Assembly (NCBI GenBank): GCA_965218945.1
Contig: OZ244718.1
Span: 1,981,700-2,045,699 of the forward strand
Length of the DNA stretch: 64,000 bases
From: Dehalococcoidia bacterium
GTDB lineage: Bacteria; Chloroflexota; Dehalococcoidia; Lucifugimonadales; UBA2985
Direction of reading: 5' to 3'
The position numbers and the translations under genes are program-made. This document shows, piece after piece, positions 53,205-63,208 of the stretch. The notes under the pieces were generated by a model. The model was not told the DNA's origin, ran no database searches, and worked only from the letters and a program-made list of their open reading frames with translations. The first letter of the stretch is position 1, and each line of letters begins with the position of its first letter.

Positions 53205-54509
53205 TCACTGGTCAGACCCTGGCAGGTACTCCGTGCCGATGATCTGGTCGGTTTCCAGCTGCGATATCTCGTCCTGGGACAGGCCCAGCAGGTTCCCGAA
53301 GACGTGCTCGTTGTGCTCACCCAGGCAGTTGGCGGGGATGCGGATGCTAAGAGGCGTCTTGGAGAACTTCCAGTTCATGCCCGGATACAGGTGGGTGCCG
53401 GCCTCCTTGTGAGTGACCTCCTCGAAGAAGCCCCGCTCGTTGACGTGGGGGTCGCTGTACACCTCTCCGTGGTCCAGGACCGGCCCGACGGGTACCCTGA
53501 CCGACTGGAGCAGGCGCATGATCTCGTAGTGGTCGTGCTGGACGGTCCACTGCTCCACCAGCTTGTCTAACTCGTCCTGGTTTGCGTGGCGGTCGAGGGA
53601 CGTGGCGAAGCGCGGGTCGTCCGTCCATGTTGGGTTGCCCAGGGCCTGGCAGAACCGCTCCCACTCCTCGTCGTTGGTGACGGCGATGATCACCCAGGAG
53701 TCTTCGTCCTTCGCTCTGTAGCACCCATGCGGCGCGGCGGAGTCGTGCCTGTTGCCGCGCGTGCTCTGTACACGGCCGTTCATCGTATAGTCCAGGTAGA
53801 CCTCGCCCAGATGTCCCATGTACGCCTCGCACTGGCCGAAGTCGATGAACTGGCCCTTGCCCGTGCGGTTGCGATAGAAGATGGCGGCCATAGCGGCAAA
53901 GGGAGCGGTGGAGGAGGCGACGGCGTCGGAGTGGACGGTGCCCTGAAGCCCCGTGGGGTCCTCGTTCAGGTAGCCCCGCAGCGTGGCGTGGCCGGATATG
54001 GGGTCGGCGGTGCTCCCCAGCCCCTTGTAGTGGGAGTAGGTCCCGTAGTCGCCGAAGAGGGGCATGGAGATCACGATGATGTCCTCCTTGACCTCCTTCA
54101 GGTCCTTGTAGCCAAGGCCAAGCCTGGCGAATACGCCGGCGGCGTAGTTGTCGATTACCACGTCGCTGATGGCCGCTATGCGCTTGAAGAGGTCCTTGCC
54201 CTTGGGGTCTTGCAGGTTCAGGGTGATGCCCAGCTTGTTGCGATTGATCCCGTTGAAGAGCGCGACGCGGTTCCAGGGCTGGGTGCCCGGCGTCCTCGGC
54301 ACACCGTCGGGGTAAGCCCACATGACCGGCGGCGTGCCGTCCGGGCGGGTGTCCGGCGGGTTGAGCTGGCCGCGGCTGCCAAAGCGCTGTATGCTGTCGA
54401 CCTTGATGACCTCTGCGCCAAGGTCTCCCAGCAGGGTGCAGGTGTACGGCCCGGCCCAAACGTCCGTAGCGTCGAGGATTCGAATTCCCTCAAGTGGCAG
54501 CTTTGTCAT
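53205..54509 (-). CDS. Family III CoA-transferase (CaiB/BaiF)
   Basis: Start at MTKLPLEGIRILD after AAGGAGGG (the ORF track extends to 54656). GPYTCTLLGDLGAEVIKV motif. Confidence 0.88.
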   Translation of the reverse strand: MTKLPLEGIRILDATDVWAGPYTCTLLGDLGAEVIKVDSIQRFGSRGQLNPPDTRPDGTPPVMWAYPDGVPRTPGTQPWNRVALFNGINRNKLGITLNLQDPKGKDLFKRIAAISDVVIDNYAAGVFARLGLGYKDLKEVKEDIIVISMPLFGDYGTYSHYKGLGSTADPISGHATLRGYLNEDPTGLQGTVHSDAVASSTAPFAAMAAIFYRNRTGKGQFIDFGQCEAYMGHLGEVYLDYTMNGRVQSTRGNRHDSAAPHGCYRAKDEDSWVIIAVTNDEEWERFCQALGNPTWTDDPRFATSLDRHANQDELDKLVEQWTVQHDHYEIMRLLQSVRVPVGPVLDHGEVYSDPHVNERGFFEEVTHKEAGTHLYPGMNWKFSKTPLSIRIPANCLGEHNEHVFGNLLGLSQDEISQLETDQIIGTEYLPGSDQ

Positions 54510-54538
54510 GTCATGTCCCTCCTTGGTGGTGAGGTCTC

Positions 54539-55732
54539 CTAGATAACCCCGGTCTGGCGGTACTTGACCAGGTCCTCTTTTGTGCGACCCAGACGGTCGC
54601 AGTATATCTCTACGTTGTGCTGGCCCAGCATGGGGGGAGGACGGCGTATGTCCCACGGCGTCTCTCTCATTTGGAAGGGAGCGCCTCCGTACCTGACCGG
54701 GCCGGTCTCCGGGTGGTCCACCTCCACGAAGTAGCCCCGGCTGGCGAAGTGCTCACTCTCCACCACCTCGCCGACGTCCAGCACCGGCGCGGCGAAGACC
54801 CCTTCGGCCTGGGCGGCCTCGGCGATCTGGTACTTGGTCCGGTCAAGCAGCCAGGGGAGGATTATGGCGTCCAGGTCGTCCCTGTGCACGCCACGGTCGC
54901 CGGGCGTCAGGAAGCGTTCGTCTTCCATCAGCTCAGGCATATCGAGAAGCCTCACCATCCGGTTCCACGCACGGGGCTGGACGAAGTTCGCGGGGAACTG
55001 GACGTACCCGTCCTGGCAGAACTGGAACCCCGCGGCCGGGTTGTCGCCGCGGGTCCCGACATTCTTGGTGTACTCCGTGAAGAGCAGCCGGCCGTCTACG
55101 GCCGCCAGGAGGGTCTCCTGTATGGAGATGTCCACGTGCTGTCCGATGCTGTGAAGCGCGGATCCCATCAGCGCGCCCATACCGGCGGTTGCGGCCTGGG
55201 TGCCGGCCAGGTACTGAGCGGCGTTGCCTCCCAGGGGGTGTGGCTCCCGGTCTATACTGCCCGTAATACTCATCCGGCTGCCCATGGCCCAAGCGGTGAG
55301 CTCCGTGAAGACGAAGTCCTTGTACGGACCGGTCTGCCCGAACGGGGTGACGGAGACCATCACAAGCCGTGGGTTTATGGCCTCCAGCTCCTCGTAGGAG
55401 AGTCCCAGGGAGGCCATTGTCCCGGGCGGAAAGCTCTCAACCACCGCATCGGCGTCTCTGACAAGCTCTTTGAACAGGTCCGCGCCCGTAGCGGTCTCCA
55501 GGTTGAGGGTGATGCCGAGCTTGTTGGTGTTCAGGTGCATGAAGAGGCCGCTCCGCTCCGGGTGAGGGTCGTCGTTGAGGAAGGGGCCTGCGCGCCGTGA
55601 CGAATCGCCCTCAGGAGGCTCAATCTTGATGACCTCGGCCCCGTAGTCGGCGAAGAGCTTGGTGCAGTAGGGGCCGGAGATGTTCTGACTCAGGTCCAGG
55701 ACCTTGATTCCCGTCAGCGCTTGGTCCGCCAT
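54539..55732 (-). CDS. Family III CoA-transferase (CaiB/BaiF), paralog
   Basis: LTGIKVLDLSQNISGPYCTKLFADYGAEVIKIEPP motif; 397 aa. Confidence 0.9.
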   Translation of the reverse strand: MADQALTGIKVLDLSQNISGPYCTKLFADYGAEVIKIEPPEGDSSRRAGPFLNDDPHPERSGLFMHLNTNKLGITLNLETATGADLFKELVRDADAVVESFPPGTMASLGLSYEELEAINPRLVMVSVTPFGQTGPYKDFVFTELTAWAMGSRMSITGSIDREPHPLGGNAAQYLAGTQAATAGMGALMGSALHSIGQHVDISIQETLLAAVDGRLLFTEYTKNVGTRGDNPAAGFQFCQDGYVQFPANFVQPRAWNRMVRLLDMPELMEDERFLTPGDRGVHRDDLDAIILPWLLDRTKYQIAEAAQAEGVFAAPVLDVGEVVESEHFASRGYFVEVDHPETGPVRYGGAPFQMRETPWDIRRPPPMLGQHNVEIYCDRLGRTKEDLVKYRQTGVI

Positions 55733-55795
55733 AGTGCACCTCCAGACAAAATCGGCTGATTGTGGAGGGTATCTTCTACCCAGGGAATGATTATT

Positions 55796-55824
55796 ATCAT
55801 AGGAGCAGACTCAGGGTTTGACAA
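55796..55824 (-). promoter_or_regulatory. Sigma-70-like promoter for the CoA-transferase genes
   Basis: Minus strand TTGTCA - 17 nt - TATGAT, about 65 nt upstream of the 55732 start. Confidence 0.45.
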
Positions 55825-55934
55825 GAGGAAAAAGGGGGACTGCGCCCACGGAAGTTTAACTAACGCGGAAAATGCCTGGATACGAGTCCTTGGGCGACGC
55901 ATCTCGTAGGCACTATGTGATATACGGCACAATG

Positions 55935-55963
55935 TTGACAAGAAAAATCACAGGGTCTATATT
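55935..55963 (+). promoter_or_regulatory. Sigma-70-like promoter for the acyl-CoA dehydrogenase genes
   Basis: TTGACA - 17 nt - TATATT; predicts a 5' leader of about 150 nt before the ATG at 56120. Confidence 0.5.
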
Positions 55964-56119
55964 ACCCGCAAGGCCGTGCGGTCTGACTGTGTGTTGGCGT
56001 CGCGCTGTCCGTATGGACGGCAAGGCTGCGTGGCAAGGGGGCCTTGATGAGGCACGGAGTGAAGGCCCCTGGTGGATGGGAAGCTAAGTAGAGAGAGTGC
56101 CAGAGAAAAGGAGGGCGAT

Positions 56120-57364
56120 ATGGACTGGGCATTGCCGTATACACCGGAGCAAGAGGACTTTCGGAAGGAAGTGCGCGTCTGGCTGGATGAGAACATCCCT
56201 GAAGGGATGAAGGATCCTGTAGACGCCCGGGACTTCTCAAAGGAACACTACCTGTTCTGGCGAGAGAAGCATCGGGAGATGGCCTCCAAGGGCTGGCTGT
56301 ATCCCACCTTCCCCAAGGCGTACGGGGGAGGCGGCCTGTCGGGAGACCATGAGACCATCCTGGATGAGGAATTCGCCAACGCCAGGGTGGTGAGGGCTAT
56401 GAACAACCAGACGGGCTTCCCTGCTCTCTTGGTGTGGACCACCGACGAGCAGAAGGAGAAGTTCCTCGCCCCCATCTTGAGGGGTGAGAAGATCATGTGG
56501 CAGAAGTACACGGAGCCGCGGTCCGGCGCAGACTTGGCCAGCTACACCAGCCGCGCCGTTCGGGATGGTGACGACTGGCTGCTCACCGGTCAGAACGTCT
56601 TCATCAGCGGAAAGCCACGTCCCGAGTGGGACGCGGAAGGCCCCGACTACCTGTTCGGCCCAATGGTGACGGACGACGACGCGCCCCGGCACAGGAACAT
56701 GGGTTACTTCATGATCCCGATGCCTTCGGAGGGGCTGGAGGTAAGGGAGATGGAGCTGCTCGTGGGACACGACCAGCACGCCATCTTCATGGATAACGTG
56801 CGCGTTCCCGGCGACCATCTCATCGGCGGCGACCACCAGGGGTGGCAGGTCGCTAACACCGGCCTGGAGCAGGAGCACGGCGGTCGAGGCCGGGCCTTCC
56901 CCAGGGACGAGGTCGTCGACAACCTGGTGGCCTACACCCGCGAGACCGAGCGCGACGGATGCGTCCTGGGCAGCGACCCGGTGATGCAGCAGACGACGAT
57001 GGACAACGTCATCGACGCCCACGTGCAGAGCCTCCTGCTGCAGCGCACCTACTGGATGTACACCAACCGGATGGAGGTGCAGTACCAGGGCAACCTGTCC
57101 AACGTCCACGGCAGAGACTCTAGCCTGCGTATCACCAAGCGGGTCAGGGACGTCATGGGAATGTATGCCATGGTTGACAGGAACGAGCCCGGGGTGCCCT
57201 TCGGCGGGACCCAGGAGGTCAACCAGCGGAGCAAGGCCGGGCAGAACCACGGGGCCGGCAGCACCAACATCGCCAGGGTGATTCTGGCGCGGCGCATCGG
57301 CATCAGCCGGACCCCGGAGAGGCCGTACCCGACTGCCGCTACGGCCACACAGCATCTGGGTTAG
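56120..57364 (+). CDS. Acyl-CoA dehydrogenase family protein
   Basis: Start at MDWALPYTPEQEDFR after AAGGAGGG; ACAD N/M/C-domain layout (YTEP.SGADLAS, DHQGW). Confidence 0.88.
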   Translation: MDWALPYTPEQEDFRKEVRVWLDENIPEGMKDPVDARDFSKEHYLFWREKHREMASKGWLYPTFPKAYGGGGLSGDHETILDEEFANARVVRAMNNQTGFPALLVWTTDEQKEKFLAPILRGEKIMWQKYTEPRSGADLASYTSRAVRDGDDWLLTGQNVFISGKPRPEWDAEGPDYLFGPMVTDDDAPRHRNMGYFMIPMPSEGLEVREMELLVGHDQHAIFMDNVRVPGDHLIGGDHQGWQVANTGLEQEHGGRGRAFPRDEVVDNLVAYTRETERDGCVLGSDPVMQQTTMDNVIDAHVQSLLLQRTYWMYTNRMEVQYQGNLSNVHGRDSSLRITKRVRDVMGMYAMVDRNEPGVPFGGTQEVNQRSKAGQNHGAGSTNIARVILARRIGISRTPERPYPTAATATQHLG

Positions 57365-57509
57365 AAGGATTGAAGGTTGGGGCAAGGTCGAAGTCGCCAA
57401 GCGTCAAAGGCCTTGCCCCGGCACCTGACATGGGTTATTATGGCGCGGGCTTGAAGGCCCCAAAGGGGGTCTCGGTCCGCGTCGGATATTGAGATGAAGG
57501 AGGATACCT

Positions 57510-58751
57510 GTGGATTTTGCATATGCATACACCGAGGAACAGCAGAGGTTCCGCCAGGAGGTCAGGGACTGGATAGCCAAGAATGTCCCTGAAGAGATGA
57601 AGGACCCCAATGATGGCCGGGACTTCACGGAGGAGCAGTGGGGCTTCTGGCGAGAGAAGCATATTGAGATGGCCGCCATGGGATGGCTGTTCCCCACCTA
57701 CCCGTCGGAGTACGGCGGCGGCGGGCTGTCCGGCGACCATGAGTCCATTCTCGGAGAGGAGTTCCGGGATGCACGGGTACCGTGGAGCGGTTCTTCCCTG
57801 CTCTTTGCCACCCTGCTGGTGTGGGGCACTGAGGAGCAGAGGCAGAAGTTCTTGGTGCCGTTGCTGAAGGGCGAGAAGACGTCCTGGCAGAAGCTGACGG
57901 AGCCGAAGGGCGGCGCGGACCTGGCTAACTACCAGAGTCGTGCGGTGCGCGACGGCGACGACTGGCTGCTGACAGGTCAGAACGTCTTCATCAGCGGTCG
58001 GCCGCGTCCCGGATGGCAGCCTGCCGGTCCGGACTACCTCTACGGTCCTATGATGACTGACGCGGACGCTCCGAGGCATCGGAACCTGGGGTACTTCATC
58101 ATTCCTGTGCCGGCGGAGGGGCTGGAGGTAAAGGAGATGGCGCTATTGCCCGGGCATGACCAGCACGCCATCTTCATGGACAACGTGCGGGTTCCCGGCG
58201 ACCACCTGATTGGTGGTGAGACGCAGGGTTGGCAGGTGATGGGCGCTCACCTGGAGCAGGAGCACGGCGGTCGAGGCCGGGCCGTTCCCAGGGATGAGCT
58301 TGTTGACGACTTGGTGAGCTACGCCAAAGAGACGAAACTCGGCGGAGGCACGCTGGGAAGCGACCCCTTGGTGCAGCAGACGGCTATGGAGGCCGTTATC
58401 GACGCTCACAGGGACGACCTTCTGGCACGGCGCACCTACTGGATGTACCAGAGCCGGATGGAGATCAACTTCCAGGGCAACATGTCAAACGTACACGGCA
58501 GGGAGTCCAGCCTCCGCAACGCCCGGAGAATCCGGGAGGTTATGGGCATGAACGCCTTCATAGATCGTAAGGAGCCCGGCGTACGCAACGGCGGCGCGCA
58601 GGAAGTGAACCAGCGCACCAGGGCCGGACAGAACCACGCCGGCGGCAGCACGAACATCGCGAAGGTCATCCTGTCCCGGCGCATCGGCATCAGCCGGACG
58701 CAGGAGCGGGCTGCCCCCACGCCTTCCACTGCCACCGCCCACGGCAGCTAG
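57510..58751 (+). CDS. Acyl-CoA dehydrogenase family protein (tandem paralog)
   Basis: GTG start after GAAGGAGGA; collinear and highly similar to 56120..57364 (for example GQNVFISG.PRP, DNVRVPGDHLIGG). Confidence 0.88.
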   Translation: MDFAYAYTEEQQRFRQEVRDWIAKNVPEEMKDPNDGRDFTEEQWGFWREKHIEMAAMGWLFPTYPSEYGGGGLSGDHESILGEEFRDARVPWSGSSLLFATLLVWGTEEQRQKFLVPLLKGEKTSWQKLTEPKGGADLANYQSRAVRDGDDWLLTGQNVFISGRPRPGWQPAGPDYLYGPMMTDADAPRHRNLGYFIIPVPAEGLEVKEMALLPGHDQHAIFMDNVRVPGDHLIGGETQGWQVMGAHLEQEHGGRGRAVPRDELVDDLVSYAKETKLGGGTLGSDPLVQQTAMEAVIDAHRDDLLARRTYWMYQSRMEINFQGNMSNVHGRESSLRNARRIREVMGMNAFIDRKEPGVRNGGAQEVNQRTRAGQNHAGGSTNIAKVILSRRIGISRTQERAAPTPSTATAHGS

Positions 58752-58779
58752 GCGCCCACGGCAATACACGGCTGAAAAG

Positions 58780-58819
58780 AGCAGGGCCTCCCAAAAGGAG
58801 GCCCTGCTTTTTGTATTTT
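58780..58819 (+). terminator. Rho-independent terminator (usable from both directions)
   Basis: AGCAGGGCCTCC-CAAAA-GGAGGCCCTGCT perfect 12-bp stem followed by TTTTTGTATTTT, with an A-run on the other side. Lies between the convergent ACAD and yqeK genes. Confidence 0.9.
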
Positions 58820-58832
58820 GACCTTTGGCAGT

Positions 58833-59426
58833 CTATCCGGTATTCTTCCGCAGCTCCAACAAGTAGTTGAGACCCTCTATGGACGCCGGGTGGATGAACT
58901 GATTCGATTTCAGAAGGGACGCTATCTCCTCTTGTATAAATGCAAGGACGGCTTCGTCAAGGCTGTCTATGGATAGGCTATTCACCCTTTCCTGGAAGGG
59001 ATACCTGCCGGCCTTGTGGTGGTCCAGCTTGTCCGCGAGGAAGGCTATTTTGGCCACCGGCCCCAGACCACGGTTGAAGGTGGAGTGCCAGTGGACGGCC
59101 TCCAGTATCTCCGGGTCATTTATGCCGCACTCCCGGCGCAGTATCTCCGCGCCCACCGGGCCGTGGAGCAGGACGGGCGCCTCGTGTTCCACCGGATGGA
59201 CCGATAGTCCGTAGGCTTCGGCCCGTTCTCTCAAATCTGCCTCCTTCATCGCCCGGGCGATGTCGTGGGCAGAGGCGGCGATCTCCACCTTCGCAGTATC
59301 AATACCGTGAACGTCGGCCAGCTTCAGGGCCTTCTCACGTACCGTGGCCGCGTGCTGTCTCAAGCCTGCGGGCAGGCTCTCCAGAAGCTCTTCAAGTCTT
59401 GGGTTATGTGGAGACAGCGTAAGCAT
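58833..59426 (-). CDS. yqeK: HD-domain bis(5'-nucleosyl)-tetraphosphatase YqeK family
   Basis: 197 aa; H...HD (AASAHDIARAMK) and HWHSTF motifs, ADKLD. Confidence 0.75.
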   Translation of the reverse strand: MLTLSPHNPRLEELLESLPAGLRQHAATVREKALKLADVHGIDTAKVEIAASAHDIARAMKEADLRERAEAYGLSVHPVEHEAPVLLHGPVGAEILRRECGINDPEILEAVHWHSTFNRGLGPVAKIAFLADKLDHHKAGRYPFQERVNSLSIDSLDEAVLAFIQEEIASLLKSNQFIHPASIEGLNYLLELRKNTG

Positions 59427-59569
59427 TGGTTTCCTCCGATCGCATGGTCATTCTATAACGTTCTTTGGTGCGTTTGAAGGGTTGTACGTCCCAGGCTGGC
59501 GCATTCCGCGTTGACACCCCGTATACCCTCTGCTAGTCTTCTCTTAAGGGCGCCCTTACTGGGGGTGAT

Positions 59570-60517
59570 ATGATCTTGGTCACCGGATCCTCCGGCTTCT
59601 TGGGAAGGAACGTGGTCAAGGCCCTCCGCACTCGTGGAGAGTCGGTTCGTTGCCTTGTCCGCAGTCCCTCCAGGGCGCGTGTGGTAACCGATTACGGGGT
59701 GGAGTTGGCCTACGGGGACGTACTTGATCCCGCGAGCCTGAAAGATGCCATGAGAGGCGTGGATGCAGTGGCGCATCTGGTCGCCATAATACGCGAGAGA
59801 GGGCGCAACACCTTCGACCGTGTAAACCGCCAGGGAACGGAGACAGTCGTCCAGGCTGCCCGTGACGAGGGGGTGCGGCACATAGTCCACGTGAGCGCCA
59901 TCGGTGTTCAGGAGAACCAGGCTTACCCTTATCTGTACTCCAAGTGGCTTGGCGAGCAGGAGGTTATCAGGGGCGGCGTGGCCTACACCATCATCCGACC
60001 GTCCATTCTGTTCGGGCCCGGAGACGAGTTCATAAACACCCTTGCCGGTGTGGTGAAGTCCTTTCCCGTAGCGCCTGTGGCGGGAGACGGCAGGGTCCGG
60101 TTCCAGCCCATATCGGTGGAGGATGTGGGTGGAATCGTCTCGCTGGTGGCGGGCAACCACCGCTTCGGCGGCAAGATTATAGAGGTTGGGGGGCCTGACC
60201 ACCTCACATACAATGAAATTTTGGATATAATAGCAAGGACCCTGGGGGTCAGGCGTGTCAAGGTGCATCTGCCGGCGCCGCTTATGAGGCTCCTGACCAG
60301 AGTAATGGAGGCCGTAATTCCCAATCCTCCGGCGACCACAAGCCAGCTGGAGATGCTGTCGCTGGATAACGTGACGGACCTGGGCTCGGTTGAGCGAAAC
60401 TTCAGGATGCGCCCACGGCCTCTGGAGGGCAACATAGGGTACATTCGAAACGCGTCCCGGCTGGACTCGTTGAGAATCGCCCTTGGCTTCCCGCCTAGGC
60501 GTATGCGAGACCATTAG
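59570..60517 (+). CDS. NAD(P)-binding atypical SDR (NDUFA9/NmrA-like) protein
   Basis: MILVTGSSGFLGRNVV Rossmann motif, YLYSKW (YxxxK). Confidence 0.8.
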   Translation: MILVTGSSGFLGRNVVKALRTRGESVRCLVRSPSRARVVTDYGVELAYGDVLDPASLKDAMRGVDAVAHLVAIIRERGRNTFDRVNRQGTETVVQAARDEGVRHIVHVSAIGVQENQAYPYLYSKWLGEQEVIRGGVAYTIIRPSILFGPGDEFINTLAGVVKSFPVAPVAGDGRVRFQPISVEDVGGIVSLVAGNHRFGGKIIEVGGPDHLTYNEILDIIARTLGVRRVKVHLPAPLMRLLTRVMEAVIPNPPATTSQLEMLSLDNVTDLGSVERNFRMRPRPLEGNIGYIRNASRLDSLRIALGFPPRRMRDH

Positions 60518-60525
60518 GGGGTTGG

Positions 60526-61902
60526 ATGGACTACAGAGAAGCCGTAAACAGGATTATGGGGCTGGTGGACTACGAGCGGCCCAGCACCATTCCCGGGCAG
60601 CAACCCCGCTATGACCTTAACAGGATTGGGGCGTTTCTGGAGCTGCTGGGCAACCCCCACCTGGAAACCCCTACGGTTCACGTTGCAGGGACGAAAGGCA
60701 AGGGCAGCACGTCCGCTATGGTGTCATCGATCCTGACCGCCGCGGGCTACAACCCGGGCATGTTCTCGTCGCCACATATGCACACCTTTCGGGAGAGGAT
60801 TCGTGTTAGCGGAGAGCCTGTGCCTGAGCAAGAATTCGCCGGTCTGGTGGATGAGCTTTGGCCCACTTTGGACAAAGTGGTTGCTGACGGCCACGGCCGC
60901 GTTACCCTCTTCGAGCTGATAACGGCTATGGCGTTTCACCACTTCCGCGGCCGTGGGCTGGGCGCGCAGGTGATAGAGGTCGGCTTGGGCGGGAGACTGG
61001 ACACGACAAACGTAGTTCAGCCTCTGGTCTGTGGCATCACCTCAATCGGCCTTGACCACACGGAAGTCCTGGGCGACACCATTGAACTGATAGCCGGAGA
61101 GAAGGCCGGTATCATCAAGCGAGGCATCCCGGTGGTGACCTCCCCACAGAAGCCGGAGGCGCTGACTGTCATACGCGAAGTCGCCGGGCGGCATGGGAGC
61201 GCGCTTACGGAGGTGGGAAGGGATATCAGGTGGGAGGAGGGAGACGCCTCCCTAGACGGCCAGCGGTTCAGCCTTGAGACTCCCAAGAGCGCTTACCGGC
61301 TGGAGACGCCGCTTCTGGGCAGATATCAGTTGGAGAACGCCGGCGTGGCCGTGGGGCTGGTCGAGTCCCTCATCGACAGCGGTATAAAGATCACCTCTGA
61401 GCACATTCGGGAGGGCCTCAGACGAGTTGAGTGGCCGTGTCGAATGGAGGTAATACAGAGAGACCCGTTGCTGATAGTGGACGGCGCCCACAACCCGCAC
61501 TCCGCCGGTCGAATTGTGGAGGCGGTCAGGGATATGTTCCCGGAGCGCCGCGTGGCGCTTATAGTCGGGGTCTCCGGCAACAAAGACCTGCCGGGGCTGG
61601 TGGAAGAGTTGTCCAGATTGGAGTCGAAGGCGGTGATAGCGACGAGGTCGCGTCATCCCAGGGCGGCTGCGCCGGAGCGCATAGCCCAAGCCTTCTCAAG
61701 CTATACCGACCGGATCCACCAAACGGACGACGTGACGCGGGCGCTTGAGATGGCCTTCGACATGGCCGGGGAGGTGGACCTGATTCTGACCACCGGGTCC
61801 CTCTTTGTGGCTGCGGAGGCGCGGGAGGTAATCAAGGGAATAGAACCGGAGCTTTATCCGGTCATTGAGGCGCAACCGACTTCGACTGCCCCGAACGGCT
61901 AG
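60526..61902 (+). CDS. folC: Bifunctional folylpolyglutamate synthase / dihydrofolate synthase
   Basis: VHVAGTKGKGST P-loop, SSPHM, LDHTEVLGDT, DGAHNPHS. Confidence 0.9.
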   Translation: MDYREAVNRIMGLVDYERPSTIPGQQPRYDLNRIGAFLELLGNPHLETPTVHVAGTKGKGSTSAMVSSILTAAGYNPGMFSSPHMHTFRERIRVSGEPVPEQEFAGLVDELWPTLDKVVADGHGRVTLFELITAMAFHHFRGRGLGAQVIEVGLGGRLDTTNVVQPLVCGITSIGLDHTEVLGDTIELIAGEKAGIIKRGIPVVTSPQKPEALTVIREVAGRHGSALTEVGRDIRWEEGDASLDGQRFSLETPKSAYRLETPLLGRYQLENAGVAVGLVESLIDSGIKITSEHIREGLRRVEWPCRMEVIQRDPLLIVDGAHNPHSAGRIVEAVRDMFPERRVALIVGVSGNKDLPGLVEELSRLESKAVIATRSRHPRAAAPERIAQAFSSYTDRIHQTDDVTRALEMAFDMAGEVDLILTTGSLFVAAEAREVIKGIEPELYPVIEAQPTSTAPNG

Positions 61903-61952
61903 GCGTGACGCCGGTCGGGTGCAGGTAACCAGGATATATTGGGGGAGAGAAT

Positions 61953-63203
61953 TTGATGAAAGACAGAACGCGAGTTGTAGTTACTGGTATGGGCGCTGTC
62001 ACTCCGTTGGGCAACACGGTTCAGGAGTTCTGGGATGGCTTAGTGGCGGGGCGGTCGGGCATAGCTCCCATGACCCTCTGCGACCCGGCGGCATATCCGT
62101 GCCAGATCGCCGGCGAGGTCAAGGGGTTCGACCCCGGCGGCTATGTCAACCCCCGTGAGGCCCGCCGCATGGCCCGCTTCAGCCAGCTGGCCTTGGCGGC
62201 GGCGCAGATGGCCGTAGAGGACTCCGGTCTGGACTTGGGCAAAGAGGATCAGGAGAGGGTGGGGGTGCTGCTGGGCACCGGCATCGGCAGCCTGACGACC
62301 ACCCAGGAGATATGCCAAGAGATGTTATCCAAGGGCGCTATGAAGATCAACCCCTTCTTCATCCCGATGATCCTGCCCAATATGGCAGCTGCCAACGTCG
62401 CCCGTATCTTTGGGGCCAAGGGCTACAACTCTACTGTTATCACCGCCTGCGCAGCCTCCAACCAGTCCATCGGTGAGGCCACTGAGGCCATCCGTCGCGG
62501 CGCCGTCGACGTTGTTTTGTCGGGCGGCACCGAGGCGAGCATAAGCGAGCTGGGCCTGTCAGGCTTCTGCATCCTCAAGGCTCTCAGTACCCGCAACGAG
62601 GAGCCTGACAAGGCAAGCCGCCCCTTCGATTCCGAGAGGGACGGCTTTGTGCCGGCGGAGGGCGCGGCCATTCTGATCCTGGAGAGCCTGGAGCACGCCC
62701 TGGACAGAGGCGCGACAATTCTGGCGGAAGTGGCGGGCTACGGCACGTCCTGCGACGCTTTCCACGCGGTCCAGCCGGATGAGACTGGTGACGGCGCTGC
62801 CCGCGCTATCCGTTGGGCGCTGGCCGATGCAGGCGCGCCTCCGGAGGAAATCGATTACATCAACGCCCACGGCACGTCCACTCCCCTCAACGATGCCATT
62901 GAGACGATGGCCATCAAGACTGTGTTCGGAGAGAGGGCCTACAAGGTGCCCATAAGCTCCACCAAGTCCATGGTGGGGCACGCCCTCGGCGGCGCGGGAG
63001 CGCTGGAGGCCGTGGCCTGCGTGAAGAGCATCCTGGACGGCGTGATACATCCCACGGTGAACCAGGAGCGCCCGGACCCGTCCTGTGACCTCGACTACGT
63101 ACCCAACACGGCGCGCCAGCAGAGAGTTGACGTTGTACTGTCCAACTCCTTCGGGTTTGGCGGGCAGAACACCTGCACGGTGTTCAGGCGTTACGCGGAG
63201 TAG
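61953..63203 (+). CDS. fabF: 3-oxoacyl-ACP synthase II
   Basis: RVVVTGMGAVTPLG; active-site Cys context VITACAAS; HGTSTP and GHALGGAG His motifs. Confidence 0.93.
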   Translation: MMKDRTRVVVTGMGAVTPLGNTVQEFWDGLVAGRSGIAPMTLCDPAAYPCQIAGEVKGFDPGGYVNPREARRMARFSQLALAAAQMAVEDSGLDLGKEDQERVGVLLGTGIGSLTTTQEICQEMLSKGAMKINPFFIPMILPNMAAANVARIFGAKGYNSTVITACAASNQSIGEATEAIRRGAVDVVLSGGTEASISELGLSGFCILKALSTRNEEPDKASRPFDSERDGFVPAEGAAILILESLEHALDRGATILAEVAGYGTSCDAFHAVQPDETGDGAARAIRWALADAGAPPEEIDYINAHGTSTPLNDAIETMAIKTVFGERAYKVPISSTKSMVGHALGGAGALEAVACVKSILDGVIHPTVNQERPDPSCDLDYVPNTARQQRVDVVLSNSFGFGGQNTCTVFRRYAE

Positions 63204-63208
63204 GGGAC

